Positions 1 to 11,244 of a stretch of 39,793 nt of DNA are shown in pieces. A program made the translations under genes and the position numbers. The DNA is taken from positions 1 to 39,793 of the forward strand of contig NW_021835516.1 in the NCBI RefSeq assembly GCF_006345805.1. Direction: 5' to 3'. The stretch's first letter is position 1; each line of letters starts with the position of its first letter. The notes beneath the pieces are model-generated. The model was not told the DNA's origin, searched no databases, and saw only the letters and a program-made list of their open reading frames with translations. This DNA is from Octopus sinensis. Its lineage: Eukaryota.

Positions 1-500
1 ACAACACACACACAGATGTGTTGACGTTCTGAAATGAAACTGAGAGAAGCTTAATAGATTTACGTGGCAATAGCTTTTTAAAAATCTATTTTAAGTTGTG
101 AGGCGATTAGACAGTCTATATCAGGATGGATCTGATTGAGTCACGTGAAAATCCTCCTGACTGTGGAATGAACCACCAACTTAATACACTTTATACACGC
201 GCGCAAACACACACACACATACACATCCACCCGCATACACATACTACCATGAACACATAAACAATTACACTCATGTAAATATATATACACACATACACAC
301 AAGTAGGCGCACACACACACACATCTGCTAGGCGAGGGTAGTTACTTTGTATGTCCATCTATACAATTTAACATGCGCAATTTACTCGTTCATCAGCAGG
401 TGTTAGGAAACGGACTGTCTAATCTGCCAAAAATAATTTGAGACAAAAAAATAGGCTTCAGTTTCTGTTGCTGGAAAAACTAAGGAAAGAGTTGCTTAAA

Positions 501-982
501 GAATATTCTTTTCTACTGTAGGCACAAGACCCGAATTTTTTTCTTTTGTGGATGGGGGGGCAGTCGCTTAGATCGACCACAGTGCGCAACTGGTACTTAA
601 TTTACGATCCCGAAAGAATGAAAGGCAAAGTCGTCGGAATTTGAACTCAGAACGTAAAGACAGGAAATACTGCTGAGCATTTCGCCTGGCGTGCTAACGT
701 TTCTTATTTCTTTATTGCGCACAAGGCAGACGAAACGGCAGACGAAATACCTATTTCTTTACTGCCCACAAGGGTCTAAACATAGAGAGGACAAACGAGG
801 ACAGTTAAAGGGATTAAGTCGATTACATCGACCCCAGTACGTAACTGGTACTTATTTAATCGATCCCGAAAGGATGAAAGGCAAAGTCGACCTCGACGGA
901 AATTGAACTTAGAACGTAGCGGCAGACGAAATACCGCTAAGCATTTCGCCCGGTGTGCTAACGTTTCTGCCAGCCTGCTGCC
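501..982 (-). mobile_element. SINE family A cluster (tRNA head plus Meta/MESC-like core), head-to-tail fragments
   Basis: Reverse complement carries A-box-like TGGCAGAAACGTTAG, B-box-like GAGTTCAAATTCC and core GACTTTGCCTTTCATCCTTTCGGGGTCGATAAATTAAGTACCAG; 2-3 fused units. Confidence 0.85.
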
Positions 983-1048
983 TTGTTATTTAAAGAATAT
1001 TATTGAATTGATGAAACCGAAGGCAGACAAATAGAACATAGAACAACC

Positions 1049-1105
1049 TCCTACTTAGACTTCTTCCTCGAAGCTGACGTAAAGTTCACACCTAGTTTGT
1101 GATAA
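1049..1105 (+). pseudogene. Penelope-like reverse transcriptase fragment (decayed)
   Basis: Translates SYLDFFLEADVKFTPSL(*), matching the Penelope RT motif SYLDLxLEID.GxxxTxLYDK; short and disrupted. Confidence 0.5.
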
Positions 1106-1364
1106 CTCTTAGCATGGTTTCACTCTAGTATTCAGGAAACTGGACATAGTGATCTTTAACGAACCCTACCAAAAGACGGAAAATCAAAATAAAAGACGAC
1201 GTCACCATTGAAATATAATATTGGAATCACTACCTCTTTTTAATGACCCTACAAACATGAAAATTAAAAGTGGCCTGTGTCTAGATTTGAACTAAAGGGG
1301 ACGAAACACACTGCCTTTTTGACATTCAGGAAATTGACAAAGTGCGCTTTACCTTTTATTCGAC

Positions 1365-1500
1365 TCTCGATCGTAATGTCGTGTGTTCAATTCTGTGGAA
1401 TATTCAGCCACTTGCACGTTAATTTCACGAGCAGACTATTCGGTTAATCAGATCAAGTGGAAACCTCTTCGTCGTAACCGATGGAATGCCAGTTGTTGTT
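1365..1500 (-). mobile_element. SINE fragment (probably the central region of family C)
   Basis: Reverse complement ccatcggttacgacgaagaggtttccacttgatc...ctcgtgaaattaacgtgcaagtggctga resembles a recalled octopus SINE central domain; a weaker relative lies near 38880-38960. Confidence 0.5.
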
Positions 1501-1653
1501 TATTTATCTTATATGACGGAGGGGTCAACCTTCGTTTAGACACGTGACAAACAAGTGTATATCATTGACAAGGTTCAATACGGTTGAAACGTGTCTAGTG
1601 TTGTCATGGCTAACTGCTGGAGCGATGTTCGCCTCTCCGGTATTTATATTGTT

Positions 1654-1819
1654 ACGTTGTGAGTTCAATTTCCGCCGAGGTCGACTTTGCCTTTCATCCT
1701 TTCGGGGTCGATAAATTAAATACCAGTTACGCACTGGGGTCGATGTAATCGACTTAATACCCATGTCTGTCCTTGTTTGTCCCCTCTGTGTTTAGCTCCT
1801 TGTGGGTAATAAAGAAATA
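1654..1819 (+). mobile_element. 5'-truncated SINE family A copy with 15-bp target-site duplication
   Basis: B box plus core plus tail; GGTATTTATATTGTT at 1639-1653 and 1820-1834. Confidence 0.85.
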
Positions 1820-2705
1820 GGTATTTATATTGTTTGTAACACATGTCTTTGAAGAGATTTCCTTTCAGCCAAAACTACAGAATTGGTGTATATACGCTAA
1901 GCTTGATACACAAATAGCTATTTTAATTTGATACTGTTTAAATTGCATACACCAAGTTTATTACAGCTCAGCGTGTCTTTCGCAATAGTAGTAAATGTAT
2001 TATTCAGAGGTTCTTAGATGTTGGAGGGGAACAATTTTATTTTAAGCATGTGAAAACCGGGTTCACATAATTCTCAAAGCTGAAAAAGGCTGAAACACGT
2101 CTGCTATCCTTGTGAATCGCTTTTGAAACAATGTTCACTTCGCTCTGGCATATATTATGCGCTTAACCAGATATATCTCAGTCAAAAACAATTGTATTGG
2201 GTCGTTTTGTGGTGTATATATGTTGAGCATGGTACATAGATGACTATTTTAATTTAATACAGTTCCAAATGTTTACACCGAATTTATTACAGCTCGGCAA
2301 GCTTTCTGCAACATTAGTGAAGTTATTATTCACTGCTTCCTATATATCGAAACTCGAATGTTGTCTTGATAAATTTGAAGCAGGTACACGTCATTAACAA
2401 GGCCCCAGAAGGCCGAAATGTACCCCGTGGTTTCCTAAGTCACTGCTGAGTCGATGTTTGTTTCGCCCCAATATTTATTTAATAAATATATACAGAGAGC
2501 ACTTTTTAACTATTTCTCCGGAAATTGGAAAACAAAATCCCCAAATCCGATGAATAACTTTAAAATCGACTTTCGCATTCCACTGGATTTTCATCAAAGG
2601 AGTCTATATAAATTCGACCGAGCCTGGAGAAACAAGCAGACGATCAGTTTAGATACTCAACAAATATTGTAGCGACAGAAAATTGGAGCTGCTAATTTGC
2701 ATACT

Positions 2706-3044
2706 GTAAGTTAGTTAGTTAGTTAGTTAGTTAATTTGGCTCAAAAGCAAATAGCAAGGCCATGTAGGGGGACATGGAGTTAAGTACAGGGTGGTGTTCA
2801 TGTAAAAAGTTCAGGCCACTTGAGGTCAAGGGAGGCTTTGAACAAAGCGGTTGTCGGCATCTTCACCATCTCGTCTGGCAGCTTGTTCCACGGATCCGCA
2901 ACCCGGACGGAGAAAGCTCCTCTCCTTCGATTGAGATGAAATCGTCGCAGGTAGAGCTTTTCGGAATGACCCCGCAGCCGACGCTCTGGAGCAGGAGTGA
3001 AGAACAGCTCTTTCGAGAGGTTACACTTTCCGCTTATGATGTTA
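2706..3044 (-). mobile_element. 5'-truncated CR1 LINE (ORF2 C-terminus, 3' UTR, (TAAC)n tail)
   Basis: Minus strand 3040-2798 is an open frame: IISGKCNLSKELFFTPAPERRLRGHSEKLYLRRFHLNRRRGAFSVRVADPWNKLPDEMVKMPTTALFKASLDLKWPELFT*, with the CR1-typical RGH..KL / FS.RV..WN.LP / FK..LD motifs. Tail (TAAC)n at about 2707-2733. Confidence 0.92.
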
Positions 3045-3435
3045 ATACTTCCTTTAATATTTGAGGCCGGTCAACGGGAATCTCAGTCCAAATAATATCA
3101 AGATATGATTTAACATATTTCTGTAAAGATGTTTTATTTTCAGACAAAAATCACACCATCATGCCTTTCACTGGTATATATACATATACGTTGAATATAA
3201 TATACATTCGACTGGAGTTTATTCTTTTATTATGGAAATAATCATTTGCTAACGTTCTATTAATCATTTAAACTTTAAATTTTTGATATTCAAATGTCAA
3301 TGGTGTTGTAATCTAGTTTGCTATTTCATTTTGGTTCCACAGTATTTGTGAATTTGCCAACATTGCCAGCGGCCACTTAAGGTCGAAGAAACTGGTGTTG
3401 TAAACATTTCTTTTACTGAATATTATATTCTACCA

Positions 3436-3439
3436 TTGA

Positions 3440-3486
<47 letters not shown>

Positions 3487-3606
3487 ATATCTATCTATCT
3501 ATCTATCTATTTATGTATGTATGTATGTATGTATGTGTATATATATATATATATATATCTATATATCTGTGCGCGCGTGTATTTGCATGAATATTTATAC
3601 ATATAC

Positions 3607-3651
<45 letters not shown>

Positions 3652-3815
3652 TATATATATAATTGTATATATATTTATGTATATATATTTATGTATATAT
3701 ATATATATATATATATATCTGTATATATACACACTCGTCTATTCATATATATGACACACATAAGTATTCAGAAAAAACTTATATGTATACATACATGCTT
3801 ATATATATATATCTT
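3436..3815. repeat. Compound microsatellite (TATC)n/(TATG)n/(TA)n
   Basis: Read directly from sequence. Confidence 0.95.
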
Positions 3816-4033
3816 TTATTAAACTTTTAATACTTTTGATATATATATTTAAAATAATATAAATTAGATTAATTTTATGTATTGGCTTATGTTTTTCATT
3901 GTTTGATTTGCCTAATAGTGGTTTTATCTCTAATTTAATATAATATAATATAATATATTTTATTATAAAATTGGATTTAATCCTAATTTGATTTTTCCCT
4001 GTAAGTTTGAATTTATTCCCTAATATTTTATTA

Positions 4034-4076
<43 letters not shown>

Positions 4077-4474
4077 TGTGTGTGTGCGGTGGTGTGTGTA
4101 AATATGTTTATATACGCATATACAGTTATATATATAATATATATATGTATGTATGTATGTATGTACAACAACTACTCACATATGCGTACACATATGTCAT
4201 CTAAAGCGTATCTGTGAAGAAGCATTTATATGGCCACATGATTCACCAGGAACAGCAGCCAAATGTCCTAATCACAAAGCAGAACATATTAAAGCAGGAA
4301 GGAATCATCGCTTAATGTGCCCCAGGACCAAATATTTATTAAAGAAAGAAAAATAAAGAAAAGGAGGGCGAGATTGTCAAAACTTGAAAGCTTTTCATCA
4401 AAGACCTACCCTATCCAAATTGATTTAGGCTAAACAGTAGCAAAAACAATCACAACAGCATCAAGAATCACAAT

Positions 4475-4482
4475 ATGTATGC

Positions 4483-4515
<33 letters not shown>

Positions 4516-4645
4516 TGTATGTATGTATGTATGTATGTATGTATATATTGATCTATCTATCTTTCTGTCTATGTATCTGTCTGTCTGTCTGTCTATTTAT
4601 CTGTCTACCTACATATATACATACACACACATACACATGCACACG
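4475..4645. repeat. (TATG)n/(TCTG)n/(CA)n microsatellite
   Basis: Read directly from sequence. Confidence 0.95.
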
Positions 4646-5146
4646 CGCATCATTAGTTAAAGTATTGCTAATAGCGATAACAATACAGCGCAAAATGAAT
4701 TAGATTTTGTATATGAAACACTATTTAATATTCAAAGGTGATGTCGAAGCCATTCTCTTCTCTTATATATTCATCACATTGAGGTTTAGCTAGAAAAATT
4801 GATTAGCTTTCAAATGAATGGAACGCTCCATAAAACGTCAACACATTACGTCCGCTCTCCACTTTTCATTAGTAATTACAGTTAATTTCTTTCATTTTAT
4901 GTCTCTAGTGTTATTCACATGAAATACGAACGTCACATAACTACATTTTCTACTCATATAAGACGTCAATAGGAATTTCATTTTGCTTAAAAGGTTTTTA
5001 GAAATGTTTCGGTTTTCGAGTTTGGTTTGCAAGATTCTTGATGTGAAATCGTGTGTTGAAACAAATAAGGTGCTATATTAAATTTCACCAAAATAAAATG
5101 TGCTGAATTTGGGGTAACCTGTATGCTTTACTATTCCAGATGTACG

Positions 5147-5355
5147 TTGCTGATGTAGCTATTTAACCACAGGTCAGTCCTAATTAAGCAGACGTATGAC
5201 CAAATCTACTTCAGCCGTGACCATCCTTTCCTTTCCAAAGGCATTTAGGTGCACATTTATCTTTTTGGGTTAAAACCTCCTATGACGATAAAGTATAATT
5301 TGGAATGACATTTGGATGCTATTTTTAACAACTCAAGCTAGCTCGAAGAGAATCT
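5147..5355 (-). mobile_element. SINE family C, decayed 3' half
   Basis: Reverse complement matches the shared motif aaatagcagccaaat...gatggtcacggctg...ctgacctggggctaaacaac seen at 14722, 15705, 20032 and 37300-37745. Confidence 0.6.
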
Positions 5356-5946
5356 GCATCCATAAAGTTATTCCCTAAAAGTTAAAAAATGAATGAAAAG
5401 CCACCATAGTATACAATATAATCCCTGAAGGACAAGCGTCCGAATCGTAGGATTTTTCAGTCCTCACAACAAAATTTTGTATAGTTGCGTGATAGAAAAA
5501 TTCAACGAAAAAGTACTCCTGGTGAGAGATAAATATTATGTATTTAAAGGACACAATACATGCCTTTAATTGCTACTAATGGTTTTATATTTTGAGAAAT
5601 ATCTCAAACATATTCTTCAGGCACAAACCACATATCATAATGGACTAAAAAAAATTGGATAAGAGAAGAAATGAGAAAAAAAAACTGAGAAGGCAGCGTA
5701 TAGAGAACGCAGAAGATAAAAAGCGGGAAACGAAAAACGGAAAACGAAACACGAAAACTAAAATGTATAAAGTAAAATGTAAAGAGGTAAAAGAGTTATT
5801 CACTTTGACCTTAAATTATAAGGCTGGAAAGATATCAACATGTTAATCGGAAATACGCGGAATTTTCCAATTCTTCAAATTATATTTATACATTATGCTT
5901 GCAACCGCTGAAAATGTCTGACCTAGAGTTCACTGGAGAGTTAAGG

Positions 5947-5979
<33 letters not shown>

Positions 5980-6064
5980 ATATATATACATACATACATA
6001 CACACACACGTACACACACACATATATATATGAAATATATAATATTATATATATATATATATAT

Positions 6065-6480
6065 ACTCCTTTACTCTTTTACTTGTTTCAGTCATTTGAC
6101 TGCTGCCATGCTGGAGCACCATCTTTAGGCGAGCAAATCGACCCCAGGACTTATTGTTTGTAAGCCTAGTACTTATTCTGTCGGCCTCTTTTGCCGATAC
6201 GGGGACGTACACACATCACCATCGGTTGTCAAGCGACGTTGGAGGAACAAACACAGACGCACAAACATACACACACACACACACACACCACACACACACA
6301 CACACACCACACACACACACATACGACGGGATTTTTTCAGTTTCCGTCTACTAAATCCACTCACAAGGCTTTGTCGGCCCGAGGCTATAGTACAAGACAC
6401 TTGCCCAAGGTGCCACCTGGTGGGAATGAATTCGGAACCATGTTATTCGTAAGCAAGCTACTTACCACACAACCACTCTC
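6065..6480 (-). mobile_element. SINE family B (tRNA head, CORE-like domain, internal (CA)n, 3' module), near full length
   Basis: Reverse complement head gtggttgtgtggtaagtagc..ggttccgaattc; CORE-like CCTTGGGCAAGTGTCTT; tail ...gactgaaacaagtaaaagag. Confidence 0.88.
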
Positions 6481-6781
6481 ATATATATATATATATATAT
6501 ATATACATCTACATACATAGAGAGAGATAGAGAGAGAGAGAGATATAGATAGATAGATAAATAGAAAGAGAGAGAGAGAGAGGGAGAGAGAGAGAAAGAG
6601 AGACAGAGATTAGTAAATGTAGCACTAGATACAGTATATCTGAAGACAAAAGAACACAAAAACTTACAACTGGAGCGCAGTCGGTGACAGACCCCACTTT
6701 CTTAAGGCTAACTCGGGTCGAAGCAGCATCAACACCGTCACTAACGTCACGAACATCTAAATCATCAACATTAATATCACA

Positions 6782-6818
<37 letters not shown>

Positions 6819-7077
6819 ATATAGATTTAACAAAAAGGAGCTGAGAGAAATAACTGAAGGGCCAATGGCATTTATATGAAAAACATAGACAAACACAGGT
6901 ATATCAAATATTATACAATAAGATTAATTAGATTAAACAAGACAAGTCACATATCAACTACATCAACGAATAACGTAGCCTGTATGTGATCGATTGATCT
7001 ACTTGAAATAGCAGCCAATTCTCTCATATTGTATTCAAATGTCTTTAAAAAGAAACGCAATGAATATATGGGATATA

Positions 7078-7660
7078 TTTCTTTCTTTATTGCTCAGAGG
7101 AGGCTAAATATAGAGAGGACAAACAAAAGGATTAAGTCACTTGCATCAACCCCAGTGCATAACTAGTACTTATTTAATCGAACCTGAAAGGATGAAAGGC
7201 AAAGTCGACCTCGGCAGAATTTGATCTTAGATAGTAACGGCAGACGAAATACCTATTTCTTTATTACCCACAAGGGGCTAAACATAGAGGGGACAAACAA
7301 GGACAGATAGACAGATTAAGTCGATTATATCGACCCCAGTGCGTAACTGGTACTTAATTTATCGATCCCGAAAGGATGAAAGGCAAAGTCGACCTCGGCG
7401 GAATTTGGACTTAGAACGTAACGGCAGACGAAATACCTATTTCTTTACTACCCACAAGGGGATAAACACAGAGAGGACAAACAAGGACAGACAAAGGGAT
7501 TAAGTCGATTATATCGACCCCAGTGCGTAACTGGTACTTAATTTATCGATCCCGAAAGGATGAAAGGCAAAGTTGACCTCGGCGGAATTTGAACTTAGAA
7601 CGTAACGGCAGACGAAATACCGCTAAGCATTTCGTCCGGCGTGCCAACGATTCTGCCAGC
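7078..7660 (-). mobile_element. SINE family A trimer (units about 175, 184 and 184 bp plus one head)
   Basis: Units about 7078-7252, 7253-7436 and 7437-7620; A-box-containing head only at 7621-7660. Confidence 0.92.
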
Positions 7661-9514
7661 AATCTGTCTGTGATATATAATGTCTGAAAACCTATACGGT
7701 GGTTAGGACTGGATCGAGGAGACTTTTGTCTACAAACAGTAACCGCATATGACTTACACCTGATTTGTTTTCGCTGTTGCTCATGGAAGAAATTTGATTT
7801 TCAATAAATGACAACTTTGTTATAGATTGAGTAAATATATTTATTTCGTCTGGAAATTGAATTGGAAATAGTGAATTTTTGAGAAGTTTGCAAGAATTTT
7901 CATGTCGGGATGAAATTAACTGAAGTCTTGAATTTACAAGTTGAGAGAACTTTGGTAAAAGAAAAGAAAGGACTTTATCTTCCGGATTCTAATGATATGG
8001 AAAGACTCTGACAATCACACAGTCGATTTACAACCAACTTCCGCTATATTGGCGTCTTTAGATTCAATTGTTCACACAAGAGAAAATCCAACATATTTAA
8101 ACAAAACATATCTAATTATACTCTCTGTAGCTAGCTCTGATGAGCAATCATGCTCTTGTTGTTGCAACTGTCGGTTGTCTTGTGGATAGGAAGTTCATTC
8201 ATTAACCAAAGTAATTAACACGAAGAATGGAGATTTTTACAGATCCGATTCTAGCTTCAAAGGATCTAATTTGCAATTTTAATTGGATAATTCTTGTCGG
8301 AGATTTCAATTTGGACGAGAACTCTCTCCAAAACCGCAAAGCTACTAGAATCAAAGCCGAGTCGACAAAGCAATAAATAAATAAATTGATAAATAATCTT
8401 AAAAACAACAACAAAATAAAATAAAACAGGTAATTAGAAAAGTATATTGAGTATTGGAACTTCCGTTCCAATACTCCAGATTCTCCAGATATGGGAAAGA
8501 AAAATGTAACCAACCTTTAAAAGTACCATTGTCTTCTTTCTGGGTGTGAGGCCTTTCGTCACAGTCGGTTTGGCGCAGCCGTATTGGCCCCGCCTATTTT
8601 AGCGCGTCCCTGATTCGACGCTGTCTTACTTGACAACCGACGTTTTAATGTTTCTTTCGTTTCTTTATTTCTTTCTTTCTCTGTGTATGCGTGTGAGCAC
8701 ATTTCTCTTTATGTGTCTGAGGAGAGGGATAGTGTTTATGTCTATCGTGTACAATTAATGAATTGTAATGTTTCTCTCTCTCTCTCTCTCTGTCTCTTTC
8801 TCTCCAGCTCTCTCTATTACTCACTATGTATGTTCATATTCCTGTGCACGTATACACGATGAATGTGTTTTCCGCCCCCAGTTCCAAAGATTATAGTTAC
8901 CAATACAAGTTGAATATCAGCCAAACCAAATCCTCAACACCTAAAATGGTACGCCCACCCTTTGTGTTTTTTTCTCGCTATGACATCAAAATGAAAGACT
9001 GAGAGACATTTTCAAATTGCTATTCTTTATTCCCTTAAATGGAATCCATTTGCACATAAAGCAAATGATTTCTATCCGTGACCATCGCATATTTTATCAG
9101 TTATTGTCTAGTCTGAATAACTGGGATCGATGGAATCGGCCAAACTGCTGGCTTTTTGCCTCAGTCAAAAACCATTATTTAGACCAGAAATGGCGACAAA
9201 TCGACAGGATCTGTCGACGTGTGGAATACAATGTCTGACAATATTCAACTACCCACCCCAGGTCTACAAAATGACTACCAGTTGATAACTGGGTTTGAAG
9301 TAACCGAATATATCAATCAAAAGAAATGTTTTAGCCTTAGAAAACATTATTTAGGCCATTTTCAGAGCAGAATTTTGGTAGATTGTTAAATAGATGGACA
9401 TAGGTTCTTCCGTTACTTAGGTACGCTTCGGACTTCAAATATCAACGCGGTTGACTTTGACTTTCAATGCGACAGTGTTAACTATTTACATATAGTGGTT
9501 TCAGATCATTCGAG

Positions 9515-9671
9515 GAGAGGCTAAGTCGATTTCATCGATCCCACTTCCCAACTGGTACTTATGTCATCGACTCAGATAGGATGAAAGGCAAAGTCGACCT
9601 ATGTGGAATTTGAACTCAGGATGTAAAGTCAGACGAAATGCCAGGTGTGCTAACGATTCTGCCAGCTCGCC
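9515..9671 (-). mobile_element. SINE family A, decayed copy
   Basis: gataggatgaaaggcaaagtcgacc...gctaacgattctgccagctcgcc. Confidence 0.8.
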
Positions 9672-9682
9672 TATTATATATA

Positions 9683-9828
9683 GGTGCTGGCATGGAAGTG
9701 TGGTTAAGAAGCTCGCTTTGCAATCCCGTGTGTGCGGGTTCAGTCCCACTCCACGGCACCTTGGGCGAATGTCTTCTACTATGGCCCAGGAACAAACTGC
9801 TTTGTGAGTAAATTTTGTAGTCGGAGAC
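9683..9828 (+). mobile_element. SINE family B 5' half
   Basis: tRNA-like head (gtgtggttaag...gggttcagtccc) plus CORE-like ccttgggcgaatgtctt. Confidence 0.75.
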
Positions 9829-9947
9829 TAATTAATTAATATATTCACTTACAATTGTTTCATTTCACAACCAAAATTAAAACTTCAAAACATACATAAA
9901 TATATAATCTTGCATTTTAAAATACCCTTAAAGACCGTTGTATGTTG

Positions 9948-10007
<60 letters not shown>

Positions 10008-10106
10008 TATATATATATATATATATGTTATATATAATATAGTTTATTAGTTAATAAACTGTATGCATACATCTGGTGGTGTGCCGGTAAAGCACGTTCA
10101 CTTATT

Positions 10107-10316
10107 CGGAAGATGGAAGATACGATGATCTTCATTGATGACTACAATTGTTTTCTACACATCTACCAGAGATCACACGCAGGTAGGATACTGAACATCT
10201 ATACCGAGGGATACACTTAAACCAGGTGTTCTGAATCTCACCTGCAAGGAATCGATGCTAGATGGGTCGGAACAATTGTAGTCATCAATAAAGATTCTCG
10301 TATCTTCCATCTTTCG
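10107..10316. repeat. Inverted repeat / MITE-like foldback, 46-bp arms
   Basis: 10107-10152 vs reverse complement of 10271-10316, about 4 mismatches; degenerate pairing continues inward about 20 bp. Confidence 0.8.
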
Positions 10317-10347
10317 TTTCTCTCATTAATCAAACATATATATACTG

Positions 10348-10396
<49 letters not shown>

Positions 10397-10800
10397 ATAG
10401 TCACAATGGGGTTATTTAGACCTCTTAAAGGGATATTTATTTTTATCCAAGATACATTTGCTTGATATATTGTATTTTGAAGAGATATTTCTTCAATGAA
10501 TATATTATATAAGATATCGTAAAATATCAAATATTGTTATTACGTGTGAAAACAGAGATCTAATGGAGGATACAAATTAATCTATTAGTTAACATATTCA
10601 CCTACAATTGTTTAATTTCGCAGCCAAACTGCAAAGCATATATAAATATCTTGCACTTTAAAATACCTTGGATGGAAAGTCATCAGGGTGCACCAATGTG
10701 AATTAATAAATTAATTTATATCCATTAGATCTCTCTATCTTTAGACTTAATAATTATATATACATACATACAAACACACGCACGCACGCACGCACGCACA

Positions 10801-10854
<54 letters not shown>

Positions 10855-10864
10855 TATATATATA

Positions 10865-11026
10865 TAGCTGAAGGATTAAAATTAATCAAAGGGCATACTG
10901 AGTATGTCTACCTGTTGTAAATAACAGTCAAAACTCTTATTTAAATCGTCAAAATAAGAGATTTGACTGTTATTTCCAGCAGGTAGACATACTTATGTCC
11001 TTCGATTGATTTTAATCCTTCAGTTA
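10865..11026. repeat. Foldback palindrome (about 75-bp arms, about 9-nt loop) bounded by TA
   Basis: ctgaaggattaaaattaatc...ctcttattt vs aaataagag...gattgattttaatccttcag; scattered mismatches and one 3-nt indel. Confidence 0.85.
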
Positions 11027-11159
11027 TTTAATCCCTTATTGGGCCAGCAATCGCCTATATTATTGATTCTGTTGTTATGATTTTTAATTTTTATACTAGA
11101 TAATAAGCTAGTCAATAACATCTTCGCAAATATTTCTTCCTGAATTACTCGCTCCGTAT

Positions 11160-11198
<39 letters not shown>

Positions 11199-11244
11199 GT
11201 GGTGTGTGTGTGTGTGTGTATGTGAGAGAGAGAGAGAGTAGATA

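Noticed and set aside
105-424. 12-bp exact inverted repeat GATTAGACAGTC (105-116 / 413-424)
   Set aside because: Short enough to arise by chance in 40 kb; no extension or TSD.
2774-3064. Plus-strand 96-aa ORF
   Set aside because: Antisense of the CR1 ORF2 fragment.
7078-7660. 184-bp repeats as a CRISPR array or tRNA gene cluster
   Set aside because: No unique spacers, eukaryotic context; heads lack a full cloverleaf and continue into the SINE core.
8137-8156. CTGATGA-GC...GCTC as a hammerhead
   Set aside because: The stem overlaps the core and there is no GAAA; a similar CTGATGA on the minus strand at 390-396 also lacks GAAA.
8717-8750. CTGAGGA followed by a GATAG/CTATC stem as a hammerhead
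   Set aside because: No GAAA after the stem (GTGT instead) and no stem I; at most an unrecognisable remnant.
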